Shown here piece after piece: positions 24,414-37,612 of a stretch of DNA of 64,000 nucleotides. The number at the start of each line of letters is the position of its first letter. The stretch's first letter is position 1. Both the position numbers and the translations under genes were made by a program. The stretch covers positions 26,996,901 to 27,060,900 of the forward strand of contig JAZGQO010000002.1 of assembly GCA_036850965.1 (NCBI GenBank). Reading direction: 5' to 3'. The notes below the pieces were generated by a model, which was not told the DNA's origin, ran no database searches, and was given only the letters and a program-made list of their open reading frames with translations. This DNA comes from Patella caerulea (Eukaryota).

Positions 24414-27188
24414 AAGTATTTGTAATTTTTACTGTCGGTTCTGCTTGTTTGACGTAGTAGTTTATAAATATGTTCATTGTTTCACAACAAGACTGCGTTT
24501 ATTCGTCATGACATGTTAACTGCGCCGTTTAAATTGAGTTTGAAGATGTTTCCTTGGAGCGGCCTTGAACAAAATTATTGACATTTTATGTTAGTACCGG
24601 CGTCCGTACCCAATAATTATGCCGTCTGTAAAAGTACACTGTTTTCTGTTGACAGTTTATACGTGGTCCCGGTATATTTTTGAAATTTATTTCTATATGC
24701 ATCTTTAGCGCGCACCGGTTTATGCTTTATTTATGCATAAAATACAAGTATTTAACCAACCATGTCAATTATGTCTGTTTTATATATGATAAATGGCTGA
24801 CCTATTTTACGAAAGACACGAGTCAAGTATTCATAATTAATTAAATGGGGGTTGTGGATTTTTCAGTCATATGTAAACGAACGGTAAGAAATACAGTATG
24901 AACCAACACGAACGTTTATTAAATTTATGCGACAAAAAAATTAAATTACGGGCAGCGTTTAAATCAACATAGTATATTTTGCAAGAATGCATAAACACAT
25001 ACATAAGTTGTTTACTCGTGGCTAGTTTTGTTTACCAGTAACTATAGGTACAATCATTAGTCTATTTAATCAATAAGGTAAAATCACTTTCCATTGATCG
25101 TTTCAGAACAGATGTTTTGTTAATTGTAAGCACGGCGTTGAATTGTCAAATAGAATGTCAAATACAATAGCATTGGTCTAATCTTCCTGTTCGTAAAAAT
25201 TGCCAACAATATTGCGTAGTCCTCTGGGTATAAGAAAAAAAAAAACAACAACAGTTAGAGCTTGTATGCATTTTGAAGCCCGTTTAACAAATCGTGGAAA
25301 ATCTCGAAACTGACAAAAAAGAGCATCACCTACGATGAAAATTCGTGTAATTTTCAGTACTTTTTATTATCCAAACGCACCTTTGTCAAGTACCCAATCT
25401 CAGTTGTGTCCGGTGTTAATAAAAAAATTATAGCAATAAAATGCATGTGTTCTGCTCACATTTACGGAGAGTCTGGCAAGCTCTATAGTCATCCGGGTCG
25501 GACGAAAACCACAGGTCCTAAATTTTTATTAACATTTGCGTGCGCGTAAAAGTTAATGTAAGATGACACAATTTCCCAGCACGGTGAATGCAGGGACGGG
25601 TCATGGAATTTTTGCGTGGGTTGGGAGGGTTGCAAGGTTACGGAAATTCGACAGTTGACAATGTTGCCATCATCGTCTCCAAATTACCTTGACATATATA
25701 CATATGATACACACTGAGCTCTTTAAAGAGATAAATCCAATACACCATTCGATGTCAATTCTTATTATGAATTAATAGAACCACGTTTTTCAGCTATGAT
25801 GATGAAAAGCATCATTCTCCTCGCAGTGTTCCGTTTGATTAGAGGTTATCTCACTACTCACTGCTGTAATGGTCAATCCAGCAATGTGGAGTGGGGGATT
25901 TCTCTGGCCATTGCTTCGGGAATATGACAAAGTATATAATATTAGTGTTGATATCACTCAGTATCATTATATCGCGCTTCCAATGCCCATCCCATCCCAC
26001 CACCTGTTTTATATTTTTTTATGTCGCCGAACCCCCGTCTGGATCCGCCGTTGATTATCCGGCTACTCGGTATTGAAAATTGGGACGTTAAACCCCATTT
26101 CAATTCATAGTTAAGGGCATCGTTATAAGTCAGTTGTTTTCAATCTACATGTATAATCAATGTCTATATATTCTAAATTGAACTCACTATTAACCTTAAT
26201 ATTTATTTATTTGTTTGTTGGTTGTTTTTTGTTTCGGCGATTGCGACATACCGTGAAATCCATTAATTGCTGACACGGTGAATAACTGTCAGCCAATCAA
26301 ATCACTTCACTGTATATTTCTTCCCTTTTCATCATGTGCTCGAAATACATTTGACCAAGACACCTTTCTGAACAGCACAGCAAAATTTACTATATAAATT
26401 ATAGCTATGCATTTCTTGGTTTAGTTAGCGAAGGTTCTCGATGTCTGCAACTTCATAAACGTGAGACAAAGGAGTTCGATACCGAAATCACCAACTGGCT
26501 CAAAAAGTACGCCGGTTGTGTAGCAGACGACGCCATTTCTTTTTGTAACCGACAGTCGATCACTAGAATTTATGGTCATTCTGTAATAATTAATCGGCCG
26601 TAACTGTGGTAATTATTCTTACATTTATAGTGGAAGCTTAAGAGTTTTCTTATCCGCTTTTTTGCACCACGCACTATTCTGGATCTTTTGAGTAAAGCGT
26701 GTTGTAACTCGTTGAAAAGTAGTCTATATATAGTAACTTTGCCAAGGGGAATATGCAATAATTTGATCGCAATATAACATATTTAATTTAGAACATTGTA
26801 ATACATGTAGCTTGTTCTTAATTTTTACCTCCTGAATATTAGTTGAGTATATAGAATAAATTGGAGGATATATAATTATGCTGGGTTATTAAAGTGATAT
26901 GTCTTTGATTTAGTATGTAATTGGAATCTAGAAAGTTTAAACCGCGGCGTATGCTTTATATAGTGACTGTTTTCATTAGCAGTGTATTTATTACTAGCAG
27001 TGGGTGCAGGCCCTGAATTCATTCACTGAATTTGATACTATAGTTCCCGAAATGGTTTACCCATTCCAAAATATGTGATCCGTCTCCTGCACCTAATGTT
27101 TTGAAGTTAATTTTACAGATTATTATTAATTTAACAATAATATGTTTCTTTTTTGTTTTTCTTACAGCAATAATATAAGACAATCACA

Positions 27189-27334
27189 ATGTCTGTTCCT
27201 CAGAGACGACAGGGTGGAGAGGATTCTCTATATAGAATCCCACCCTACTATTATATACATGTATTAGATCAGAATACAAATGTTACCAGGTTAACTATTG
27301 GACCACAGACTTATATCAGACAAGACAATGAAAG
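27189..27334 (+). CDS. MVP: MVP exon 1 ([49 protein letters not shown])
   Basis: Near-identical to the vertebrate MVP N-terminus [35 protein letters not shown]. gt donor at 27335. Confidence 0.9.
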
Positions 27335-27684
27335 GTTTGCGAATTTTTTTTCAAACAACCAATTAAACATTCTACTTCAGTATGAAAGTTAAACATAATT
27401 TTATAGATGTATCCTCCATTTACTTAAATCTCTTTGACCTAAATAATGTATTCGTTAGAATAATGTAGTCACTCACTAGTATACACATTCAAAACTTATG
27501 ATTATCGAAGGTATGACATTTCTAATAAACAGGAAAAATAAAATTATAGCTGGAATACAAGCTGTTTAGTGAAAGTTAATGTTTCCAAAAGATGAACAAA
27601 TTTATAGATAATAGTTTGTGATACAAATTTCAATATTATTTTTGCCATTTTATTCTGAGATAATTTTAATTGTCTTATTTATAG

Positions 27685-27880
27685 AATTGTATATGGACCT
27701 GAGAAAATGTTGGTGGTACCACCCAGACATTATTGTGTAATAGAGAACCCTGTTGTTAGAAATGTTGATAATGAAGTAGTCACAGATAAAGCTGGACAAA
27801 TCAAACTCTATCATGCTGATCAAGAAATACGTCTAGCTCAAGAACCCTTTCCATTATACCCTGGTGAAGTCTTAAAACAG
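27685..27880 (+). CDS. MVP: MVP exon 2 (IVYGPEKMLVVPPRHYCVIENPVVRN...PFPLYPGEVLKQ)
   Basis: Matches human MVTVPPRHYCTVANPV...DPFPLYPGEVLEKD. atag acceptor and gtaaat donor. Confidence 0.9.
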
Positions 27881-29097
27881 GTAAATATTTGATATTTTCA
27901 AATGGAAAATGGTTGATGAAATAAAAATTAGGTTGAATTAGAATTTTCTATCACTTTCAGAAGAAATTGAAAACTTACACAAGATTGGGCAGTTCAGATA
28001 ATTGACAGATTTAATTGTAATGTTATTATGATATTGAAATGCAGAGTTTATAATAGGTCCATGGTTTAGCTCAAGGCAAAAAGGTTATTGAAGCATGTTG
28101 TACGCAGTTTTTACACTGTAGTATAATGACTCATGGTTTGTTGAAATAGTCTACTAGAAAGTTATAGATAAAGAAAGTCTACATAATGTATATGTTCTTT
28201 ACAATAGATTGTTTGTTATTGTATATATAGTGTTACGTCACATATAACAAGGCCAGAAATAACCTATTCATGAAATACACCAGCAGAAATGATAAAACGT
28301 CAATGTACAATTAAAAACAGGATTTATTACAATCTACTGAAAACAACAATTACAAACATGGTAATACAAAGAAATCATACAAAAACATAATATGTAACAG
28401 ACTAGTAATGGACATTAAATATTAGACAGTATTATTAATCATATTTTAGATAATCAGTTCACAACGCAAATGTTCCTCAAGCACACATTCCGACATCACG
28501 TGGATCGAACTATTCTGGAATCTACGATGATACTTGAATCTTCCACTCTTTCTCTAACACGAATTACTCACCACAACCACGGAACGAACACGTCTCGAGC
28601 CACTCACGATGATTTGAACACATTACCGAACAATCACATGGTACACAATAATGAAAGAACTTATATAACAACTATGAAATGAAAGAAATCACACCCGACA
28701 CATCCGAACAAATCTCGCCATGCCGCCGGTTGCTATACCTCTGCCGAAACATCATCATCACGTGGGTAACAGCGCGTGCTCGTCTTGATTAACAAGTCTC
28801 TAAATTCTGCAAGAATGCTAACAGACGGATTACGACACAACTTTAGTACAACAATTAACTGATTAGTCATTATAATCGTAAAGAAAATAATTAGAAACAC
28901 ATAACAATACCATGTACTACATGACAATAGTTTATGTATCATGCAAATGAATATTGATACATCAGTCATTGATACCTTTACAAACAGATTAATTTTATAT
29001 TTATAATATAGATTGTGCTATATCAATAATTGATTATAATTTTCAAAGATCATTTGTTCAATTTCGTATGTCAAATGTATGATTTTATCTATTTTAG

Positions 29098-29221
29098 CCT
29101 GTAACCCCACTGAAAATAGTGCCAGCCAATGCTGCATTGAGATTAAGAGCTATTTTAGATTTTGAAGATGATGCAGGAGAAAAGAGGATAGCTGGTGACG
29201 AATGGTTGTTTGAAGGGCCAG
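29098..29221 (+). CDS. MVP: MVP exon 3 ([41 protein letters not shown])
   Basis: Matches human [41 protein letters not shown]. Confidence 0.9.
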
Positions 29222-29261
29222 GTATTTAAACAGTTTTTAACTTGATATGACGTGGATAAGG

Positions 29262-29838
29262 GAGAGAAGTCAATCGGATATTAACTTAAGCCTCTAGAGC
29301 GTTCACAAGATTTTTCAAAATGATCAAGGGTCATAACTCTGGTAGTAATTATCAGATATCGCTGAAAATCAGTAGGCTTCTCCGTATCATGACCTTAAAC
29401 ACTGTATAAATTTAAAGTCAATCGGAATCAACATTAGCCTCTAGAGCATTCACAAGATTTGTCAAAGTGATCAAAGGTCATAACTCTGGCAGTAATTATC
29501 AGATATTGCTGAAAATCAATATGCTTCTCTGTATCATGACATTAAACACTGTGTATATATAAATTTAAAGTCAAACAGATATTAACTTTAGCCTCTAGAG
29601 CGTTCACAAGATTTTTCAAAGTGATCAAGGGTCATAACTCTGGTAGTAAAATAATTATCGGATATGGCTGAAAATCAATAGGCTTCTTCATCACATGACC
29701 TTAAACACCGTATATAAATTTAAAGTCAATCGATATCAACTTTAGCCTTTAGAGCGTTCACAAGAAATTTTGGACGACGGACGGACAGAAAGGGCGACGA
29801 CAATATAGGACCACATTTCCATGTGGGCGTATAAAAAT
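29262..29838 (-). mobile_element. Satellite-bearing element, copy D (5' end plus about 3.5 monomers, 3'-truncated) inside MVP intron 3, antisense to MVP
   Basis: It ends ...ggacgacggacggacagaaagggcgacgacaatataggaccacatttccatgtgggcgtataaaaatga, which is the reverse complement of the family 5' end. It starts 41 bp after the MVP exon 3 donor. Confidence 0.75.
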
Positions 29839-30611
29839 GATTATACATGATAGGGTACATCATGAGCTAGTGATTATACTGTGTACAAATTAGCTCTATA
29901 GATTTATTCATTCAATCTCCAAATTAATTTACACTTACAGATGTTATTTGTTCAATCTTTGATGTTTTGTTTAATCTTTGATTGTTTAATCTTTGATCAT
30001 ATTCCTGAAGCAATGGCGCAAGAAATCCCTCTCTTACCATTGCTGGATAGAAGTCATATTCTTGAAATTGGGCGGGGCGTGTCTCTTTTTAACGTCCAAT
30101 CAAATCCCTCCTCTCTTCTCGCATTTGGCATAATTTTCAAAACGGCCGACGAAGAAAACATGTTGGCACACGATAATCAAGCATAATAAATTTCGCGGGT
30201 TATGACGTAAACAAGTCGCGATTGTCACTAGATACATTGCGGTCACATATTTTGAGGTCTGGTTAACCCCGATATTGTTTGTTACAATGTAGGTCATTGG
30301 TTGGTAATGGCACTACTGACCAATAATAATTTAGTACAACAATGTTCACTCAAGATAGCAGTGTGAAGTGGATTAGTTCTAATCAAACGAAACACTGTGC
30401 AGGAGTATGATCTTTGATTCACTAATTTTCACATGATAAATAACAAGATATTTATTTATTGTCTTCAGACTGCACATCATATACACACATGGCTATACAA
30501 TGACCAATAGATTATAGGTATTAATTAACTACATATTTTATACGATGATCAATAAATTATTGATACTAATTAACTATAAAATTTACCTGGTAAATTTATG
30601 TATTATTGTAG

Positions 30612-30841
30612 GTACATATATTCCACGAAAGGAAGTAGTTGTTGAAGAGACTATCCGTGCTACTGTTATTAAACCTAATCAAGCTATAAGACTGAGAGCT
30701 CGTAAAGAATGTATTGATAGAGAATTAACCAAACAGCGAGTTACAGGTGAAGAATGGGTTGTAAAAAAGACAGGAGCATATTTACCTGGTGCTTATGAAG
30801 AAGTTGTTGATGTTGTCAATGCTTATGTATTAACAGAAAAG
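30612..30841 (+). CDS. MVP: MVP exon 4 ([76 protein letters not shown])
   Basis: Matches human [33 protein letters not shown]...[32 protein letters not shown]. Confidence 0.9.
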
Positions 30842-31143
30842 GTAAACCTCACAAGAATAAGCCTATGTTCTCTTTGTTTAAAAGTATTCGTGGTTTGACT
30901 AGCAGAATTGTCTAAAGAGTAGTGTGTATTGTAATATATTTAATATTTTAATATTATGATGGGTCTACCAGTGGAGAGTTTCTTTGTGCTTCAGTTTCTG
31001 GTCAATCTAAAACAATACTTGCATATTTAATGTCTTTCAGTGTGAAGAAAAGCCTACTCATATTTCAATATCATTTATATACAATAACACACAAAGTAAT
31101 ACATTGTCAAAATTCTATTATTATTTTGTTTGTCTATTTGCAG

Positions 31144-31269
31144 AAAGCCTTACACATGAGAGCCATAAGAACATATGTTGATGATTTTAAAATTACTAGA
31201 AAGAATGGAGAAGAATGGTTGATTACAATGAGAGATACTGAAACACATATTCCTAATGTTTATGAAGAG
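31144..31269 (+). CDS. MVP: MVP exon 5 (KALHMRAIRTYVDDFKITRKNGEEWLITMRDTETHIPNVYEEV)
   Basis: Matches human [43 protein letters not shown]. Confidence 0.9.
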
Positions 31270-31645
31270 GTAAGAAAATTACTAAATACAAATAAACTTT
31301 GAATGTACTTCACTATTGTTACAAATATTATTGGATATATGGTGTCTTAATGAGAGTAATTAGCCACTTATTCTAGTTTAATTTCTGTCTCTTTAAGAGT
31401 TACACTCCTTGATACTCTCACAAAATATTATTATCCCTGTAGCAGATAAAGGAAAGAAAATCTGTGTTAAACCATGTGGTCATACCCCCCTACCCCAAAA
31501 TTGTGAGTGTGTATTTGCTTGTGTTGAAAAAATTTCATTGAAATTCCTGATAGAAAGATAAACAAAGAATCATTGTATGTGCCAAGCTCTAGATTGAACC
31601 GTGAATACATGATAATATAGATAATGCTTTATTATTTGTTTTCAG

Positions 31646-31756
31646 GTTGTAGGAGTAGTTAATATTACCACATTAAATAATCGCCAATATTGTGTAGTAC
31701 TTGATCCTACAGATGATGATGGCAAACCACAACTTGGTAAACGTAAGCTTATCAAG
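31646..31756 (+). CDS. MVP: MVP exon 6 ([37 protein letters not shown])
   Basis: Matches human [36 protein letters not shown]. Confidence 0.9.
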
Positions 31757-32025
31757 GTAAATACTTATATTTAAAACTAAGGTGATTATTTTAATGCTGG
31801 GTCAGTCTGAAAAGTTTGAATAATTTCCAATGATTGGTTATAGTTTCTTGCTGAACTGTGACCTTTGTTTGCTTTAATAAGGTACGTATGTAGCGTTATG
31901 GATGTATACGGTCCCAGATTGTGTTAATGGTTTGCACCATGGTGCATTCATTGGACAACATCAAACTAATTTTTGTATTTTTCAAAGATTCTACCAGTAT
32001 TCATTGAGCTTCATTTATATTACAG

Positions 32026-32151
32026 GGTGAAAAAACTTTCTTTTTAATGCCTGGCGAAAGCTTAGAAAAGGGAATTCAAAATGTTTATATTCTTGGTGAA
32101 GATGAAGGTTTAATTTTACGTGCAACAGAATCATTTAGAGAAGGAAGTGAT
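32026..32151 (+). CDS. MVP: MVP exon 7 ([42 protein letters not shown])
   Basis: Matches human [42 protein letters not shown]. Confidence 0.9.
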
Positions 32152-33758
32152 GTAAGTATAAATATTATATTTGTAATTCAGTATGGCCAAATTCTATAAG
32201 CAGCCAATCGCCCACAGATGATCTACTCAAAAATGACCTTTATTTACGTAAATCTTGAACAAAAAAATAATTTGGATAGTTATGTTTCCTTTTTAAATTA
32301 TATGAATTTTATAAATATTATAAATAAAATTCTAGCCGCAAGAATAGCTGATCCTCTGTCTTAGTTTGGCTGATGTAGATTGTTGTCATACTCTGTGTTG
32401 GTAATGGATATCAGGTAGCATTTATTAAAACTAGTAAAGCTTTCTTAAAATAAAAATAGAGTTTGAAAAAGATTGAAAACAGATAACTGGTAGGAAAAAG
32501 AAGTTGAATTAGTGCTAAAAATAGATCAGTTGTGAGTTATAAAATGAAATAAGATCTAAATTATCAAATTTTAAGATTTTACTTATTTCACCACCAAAAC
32601 AATTCACTTCAAGAGAAAAGACTATAAATTTTTTTTAAGAAAGCTTTACTTGTCTTGGTTAATACTGATTGATTTATTCATACACAACATAGAATTGCAG
32701 ACAGAGAGTTATGCTTTAAATAAACGTAAGTAATGAGTGATTATGAAAACAATCTCCTTGTATTTAAAGGAGGTACCGCAAATAAAAAGACGTAAACGTG
32801 AAGAAGCAGTACCAGAGGTAGCCGCAGCACGCCAGGTAAATTACCAGATTGATGTGCTACATAATGATGCTGTATGATTACCTGTTTTTTATTTTCTCCT
32901 GAAATGTTGAACTGTATCCGCATGGGAATTTAATTATAGCACCATCTTTCATTTTCTTTAATTTTGTAAAATATTAAATGCTCTCAATATAAACTCTTGT
33001 TTTATCTTGAGAGCATTCTTCTAATTATGAAAACGTTAATGTAATCCGACTTTACATACCTCGTGGAGACTAGCAGGATAGTAATTATATCGCACTTTGA
33101 ACAGAGTTCATTCACCCAGTCATTTACATTTTTGTTTACTTGGTTATACTTTTAATTAGTTCCTTTGTATGGTGTAAAAAACGTTATTGATCGTACATTT
33201 ATCCTGACTTAGCCTATAGTCTTGAAGATTTATAAAATTGTGCAGGAGCCATAAAAGGTCCTGCCAATTTCAAAAATGAGAAAAAAGCTCTTGTAGAAAA
33301 ACTCTTCTTAATCATATTGCAAGAGTAATGCTACATTTTTATTCTTAAGTCTTGTTTAATGTTTGGTGAATATGGTAGTAACAGTATAATCAACATGGAA
33401 ACTGATGCCTCAAATGTATGCAGTTTTAAAATAAACAAAAACTGAAAGTAGTTTATTAATATCAATATTTAGTAGAGCGATTTTGATAATTTGCAGGTGT
33501 CTTTAATGACTCCCTCGAAGGAGAGCCGAGGTGTGCCGAGAAGAGCAGAAGCGAAAGCTCACCTTAAACGTGAAGGACTGCCTAACAATTGTGTGACAAT
33601 GCTTATTGGTAGAAAAAAATATATTGGTATTTTTTGTGAATAGCTTGTGAGTGTAAAGACATCACTGAATAAACACAGTTAATTACCACCACCAGGTTTT
33701 TGTATATATTTTAATGCTAGACAACCTATGTATATAGAAAATGTAATTGTTATTTCAG

Positions 33759-33908
33759 TCTCTTGAGAGAAAACCTGGAGACAGATGGATGATCCGTGGA
33801 CCTAAAGAATATGTACCCCCAGTTGAAGTTGAAGTTATTATGAAACGACAGGCTATACCTCTCGATGAAAATGAGGGTATCTATGTCAGAGATGTTAAAA
33901 CTGGAAAG
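33759..33908 (+). CDS. MVP: MVP exon 8 ([51 protein letters not shown])
   Basis: Matches human [45 protein letters not shown]. Confidence 0.9.
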
Positions 33909-34051
33909 GTAACTGTCGATATTATAAACATATGAAGAGAAATAATTCTACTCTTACCTGATATATTAAAATTCAAATGATCAGAGACCTGAAATAGCTC
34001 TAATTGGATCACACAAAATTTCTCTTTATCTTTGGTTATTATTTTTACTAG

Positions 34052-34290
34052 GTTCGTTCTATAACTGGTGTAACGTACATGTTAAGTCAAGATGAAGAAT
34101 TATGGGAAAAACAGCTTCCACCTGTAGTAGAGAATCTATTGGCTCAAGGAAAAGATCCTCTAGCTGACAGAAGTGATAGAAGTGCACGGGATTCACTTCA
34201 AAAGAGTAGAGATAAGACACGAGTTGTAACTTTCCGTGTCCCACATAACGCCGCTGTTCAGATATACGATTACAAAGAAAAGAAAGCTAG
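34052..34290 (+). CDS. MVP: MVP exon 9 ([23 protein letters not shown]...[23 protein letters not shown])
   Basis: Matches human [34 protein letters not shown]...[23 protein letters not shown]. Confidence 0.9.
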
Positions 34291-34638
34291 GTATGGTCCA
34301 TTTTTAAAATCTGTCAGGAATTATGGTGAAATACATACAATATTCTTTAAAAGTACCAAATCCAAAATACTTACAAAAATGGCATTGAAAATGGTCAGAT
34401 TTTTTGTTTTTCTCTCGTGCATTCTAATTGAAACTGTGGAATATCCAAACATGGTGTCTGGGGTTAAGCAGAGATAAGCCATTGATTTGTCGTTGAATTA
34501 AAACATCGGCTTCTGGATCAAATGCTTTTATACCTTTCGGATTGTTTGCTACACATCTTTTATGCACACTGTTTTTAATGAATGTACAAAACAAAGTGTA
34601 TTATGAAGTGTTATTTACTATTATATTCTATATTTCAG

Positions 34639-34836
34639 AGTTATTTTTGGACCAGAATTAGTCATGTTAGGACCTGATGAACAGTTTACCCAATTAAGTT
34701 TATCTGGTGGTAAACCCAAGAAACCCAATGTTATTAAATCTCTGTGTTTATTGCTGGGACCAGATTTCTGTACTGATATTATCACAGTAGAAACTGCTGA
34801 TCATGCCAGACTACAGTTACAGCTGTCCTATAACTG
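34639..34836 (+). CDS. MVP: MVP exon 10 ([66 protein letters not shown])
   Basis: Matches human [61 protein letters not shown]. Confidence 0.9.
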
Positions 34837-35012
34837 GTAAGATGGTGTCTTATTTTGTCAGGGATAAACTTTTATAAATAATTTAATATGAAACAAAAAA
34901 TGGCCTGTAGAAATAATAAACTATTTCTGTACAGTACCATCCATGGCAGACATCTAATAGGAATCTACAATTGGCTACATTCATATTAACTGGTTTCCTA
35001 ATTTTTTCAAAG

Positions 35013-35157
35013 GCATTTCGCTATCACAGACAAAGCCACTCCAGAAGAGGCAGCAAAATTATTCAGTGTTCCTGATTTTACTGGTGATGCTTGTAAAGCA
35101 ATTGCCTCAAGAGTTCGAGGTGCTGTAGCTCAAGTGCAATTTGATGATTTCCACAAG
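35013..35157 (+). CDS. MVP: MVP exon 11 ([48 protein letters not shown])
   Basis: Matches human ...[37 protein letters not shown]. Confidence 0.9.
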
Positions 35158-35419
35158 GTATGTTCAGAAACATTTCATCAACTGGCATCTGTCACATTCG
35201 ATAAAATACAAAAACTGTTGGTTAACAAATGATTATTACAATGTCACACTTGTCTTTTTTAACCATTTCATTTAGAAAATTCAAAATTGATTGAAAGAAC
35301 ATTTCATTTGGATAGTGGTATACATTTGAGACCAGTATTTGGTCTTTTATGATTTGTAATGGTTAATTAATAAATTAGTAAACTAGATGTTACACAATTC
35401 AACATATTTTACATTTCAG

Positions 35420-35631
35420 AATTCTGCAAAGATTATACGATCGGCTCTGTTTGGTTTTGATGATCATAATAAAGTTCGAGATAAGTTCCATTTCCCTCAG
35501 AATAGTTTAGTTATTACAAGTATCGATATTCAGTCTGTTGAGCCTGTTGATCAAAGAACAAGAGATTCATTGATGAAATCTGTACAGTTAGCTATTGAAA
35601 TCACAACTAACTCACAGGAAGCTGCGGCCAG
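35420..35631 (+). CDS. MVP: MVP exon 12 ([13 protein letters not shown]...[47 protein letters not shown])
   Basis: Matches human NSARIIRTAVFGF...[47 protein letters not shown]. Confidence 0.9.
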
Positions 35632-36219
35632 GTCAGTTCACATACTATCCAAAACATATTTTTGCTTACTATGATAATATAAACCAGGAATGCAGTAATT
35701 TATTTTCCATAATATTCGAAATTGAAAACATGAATTGGAATTAAAAATTGGTCCATTTCAATCAATATTAATGTTAGCTTGCCATGAAAATATAGGATCC
35801 TAATATCCAATATTTAAGACAGTTAATATTTCATAATCATTATAGGAGTTGTGTATTCTATGGTTTCGGGTGCCATGTTGTAATGAACAAATAAAAACAT
35901 ATCCTACAATACGTGCAGAATGGTGTTAGCAGGAGTAAATGTCTGCCCTTCAATTTGAACTGTTTACATATTTCATTGAACATAAATACAATTATAATCT
36001 CTTTACATACATTCATATTACATTAATATTATGTGCTTTTAGAACCATTTTCATCTATTTGAAGGTTCTAAAAAATAGAGCCATACGCCTTTGAATTTAA
36101 ATGAAGATTTGAATGTTTGGATAGACATGTAACAGTAAATATGGAAATAACATGATTTATGTTATTGTTGGCATGAAATCATATCCCATTAAGTAGTGTG
36201 TTTAAATAATTTCTTACAG

Positions 36220-36814
36220 ACATGAAGCTGAACGTTTGGAACAAGAAGCTAAAGGTCGTCTTGAACGACAGAAAATTATGGATGAGGCAGAAGCTGAAAA
36301 ATCTAGGAGAGAACTGTTAGAATTACAGGCTCACAGTGCTGCTGTTGAAAGTACTGGTCAAGCTAAAGCTGAAGCGCAGTCTCGAGCAGAGGCAAATCGC
36401 ATTGAGGGTGAAGCTGCCGTCGAACAAGCTAAACTAAAAGCACAAGCCATGAAAATTGAGGCCGAATCTGAATTAGAAAGACTCACTGGAGCACGTGAAG
36501 CAGAATTGAAATATGTTAAAGAACAGAATGAGCTTGAGTTACTTAAATCTAGCGAGTCTTCTTCTATTGAAACCCGTAAGTTCAAAGATATGGTGGATGC
36601 TATCGGAGCAGGAACCCTACAAGCCATGGCTAATGCTGGACCTGAGATGCAGGTGAGACTTCTGTCTTCTCTGGGACTCAAAACAACTCTGATCACTGAT
36701 GGCAGTTCTCCTGTCAATTTGTTCAATACAGCTCAAGGTTTAATTGGTGGTCTGGTACCTGCTAAATCAAAACGATCTAAAGATGATGACGATGATGATA
36801 ATTTCTCAGTGTAA
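36220..36814 (+). CDS. MVP: MVP terminal exon ([36 protein letters not shown]...[35 protein letters not shown]...[10 protein letters not shown]), coiled-coil cap-helix region
   Basis: Matches human [36 protein letters not shown]...[36 protein letters not shown]. Stop TAA at 36812-36814. The antisense ORF 36358-36726 is a shadow ORF. Confidence 0.9.
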
Positions 36815-37435
36815 GACTGGTCTTTCAATTTTCTTTATTTCACTAATAGTTTATTTATTATGTGGAGAAAAAGACAAATGCATTCGGTATGTGTGTAAAG
36901 TAAAATTAGTTTAAATTTGTCAATTTAATACTAGAGATGTTTAATTCATGTTGTCTAGAAATGTAAAGATATATAAAAATTGACTTTCATAATGATTAAT
37001 CATTGAGCAAGCACGGGTAGAGTGTGACCAAGTTTATATAGTTGTAATCTTTATATTTATATTGATGAAACTCTGTGATAAATTGTGCTAACAATAGCGA
37101 AACAATTTTTTTTTTTTTTTTTTGCACTCGAAGTTGTTATTTTTTTTTTGTTACTTTAAAGCCTTCTGTCATGAATTATAACCCAAATTCCATTATCATA
37201 TGCCATTAACCTATTAACTGGAAGCTATTTGTACCTTTTTTTGTTTTGAATAAAATATAATTAAAGATGTTGTGGCATTCTATTAACTTGTGTAAATGCA
37301 CAAGGACCAGATCAACCCTGTTCAATACTTTATTTTGAGCTATATCAAAGAGTTCTTTTCTGTATTCACAATTACTTATTGAAAGGAAAGGAATGATTCC
37401 CCCCCCCCCAATTTATATACCAGTCATAGTTGTCC

Positions 37436-37612
37436 CTGTCTGTCTGGGGGTCACGGTGGCTAAGTGGGTACGATGCTGGCTCGCTAGCCTGAAGGTCGGA
37501 TGTTCGATCCCTGTATTGGTTGAAAAATTTCATCCAGATTTTTCGAAGTGGTTCCCCCTTGCCTGCGACACATGATGGAGGACCTAACAAGGACAGCTGT
37601 CTAGTCATTCTG
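37436..37612 (+). mobile_element. tRNA-derived SINE, family 2
   Basis: tRNA-like head ggggtcacggtggctaagtgggtacgatgctggctcgctagcctgaaggtcggatgttcgatccctg and a tail ...ggaggacctaacaaggacagctgtctagt. The same tail fragment recurs at 61850-61890. It is preceded by a (C)10 run. Confidence 0.55.

Noticed and set aside
32755-33600. Two short open segments with AG/GT flanks in MVP intron 7 as obligatory exons
   Set aside because: Homology shows that exons 7 and 8 join directly (…ESFREGSD|[10 protein letters not shown]…) with no missing residues. At most these are optional cassette exons. They are noted as a low-confidence possibility rather than called as CDS.
36358-36726. 122-aa antisense ORF overlapping the MVP terminal exon
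   Set aside because: It is a shadow ORF of a GC-rich, Ala/Glu-rich coiled-coil coding exon with no independent support.
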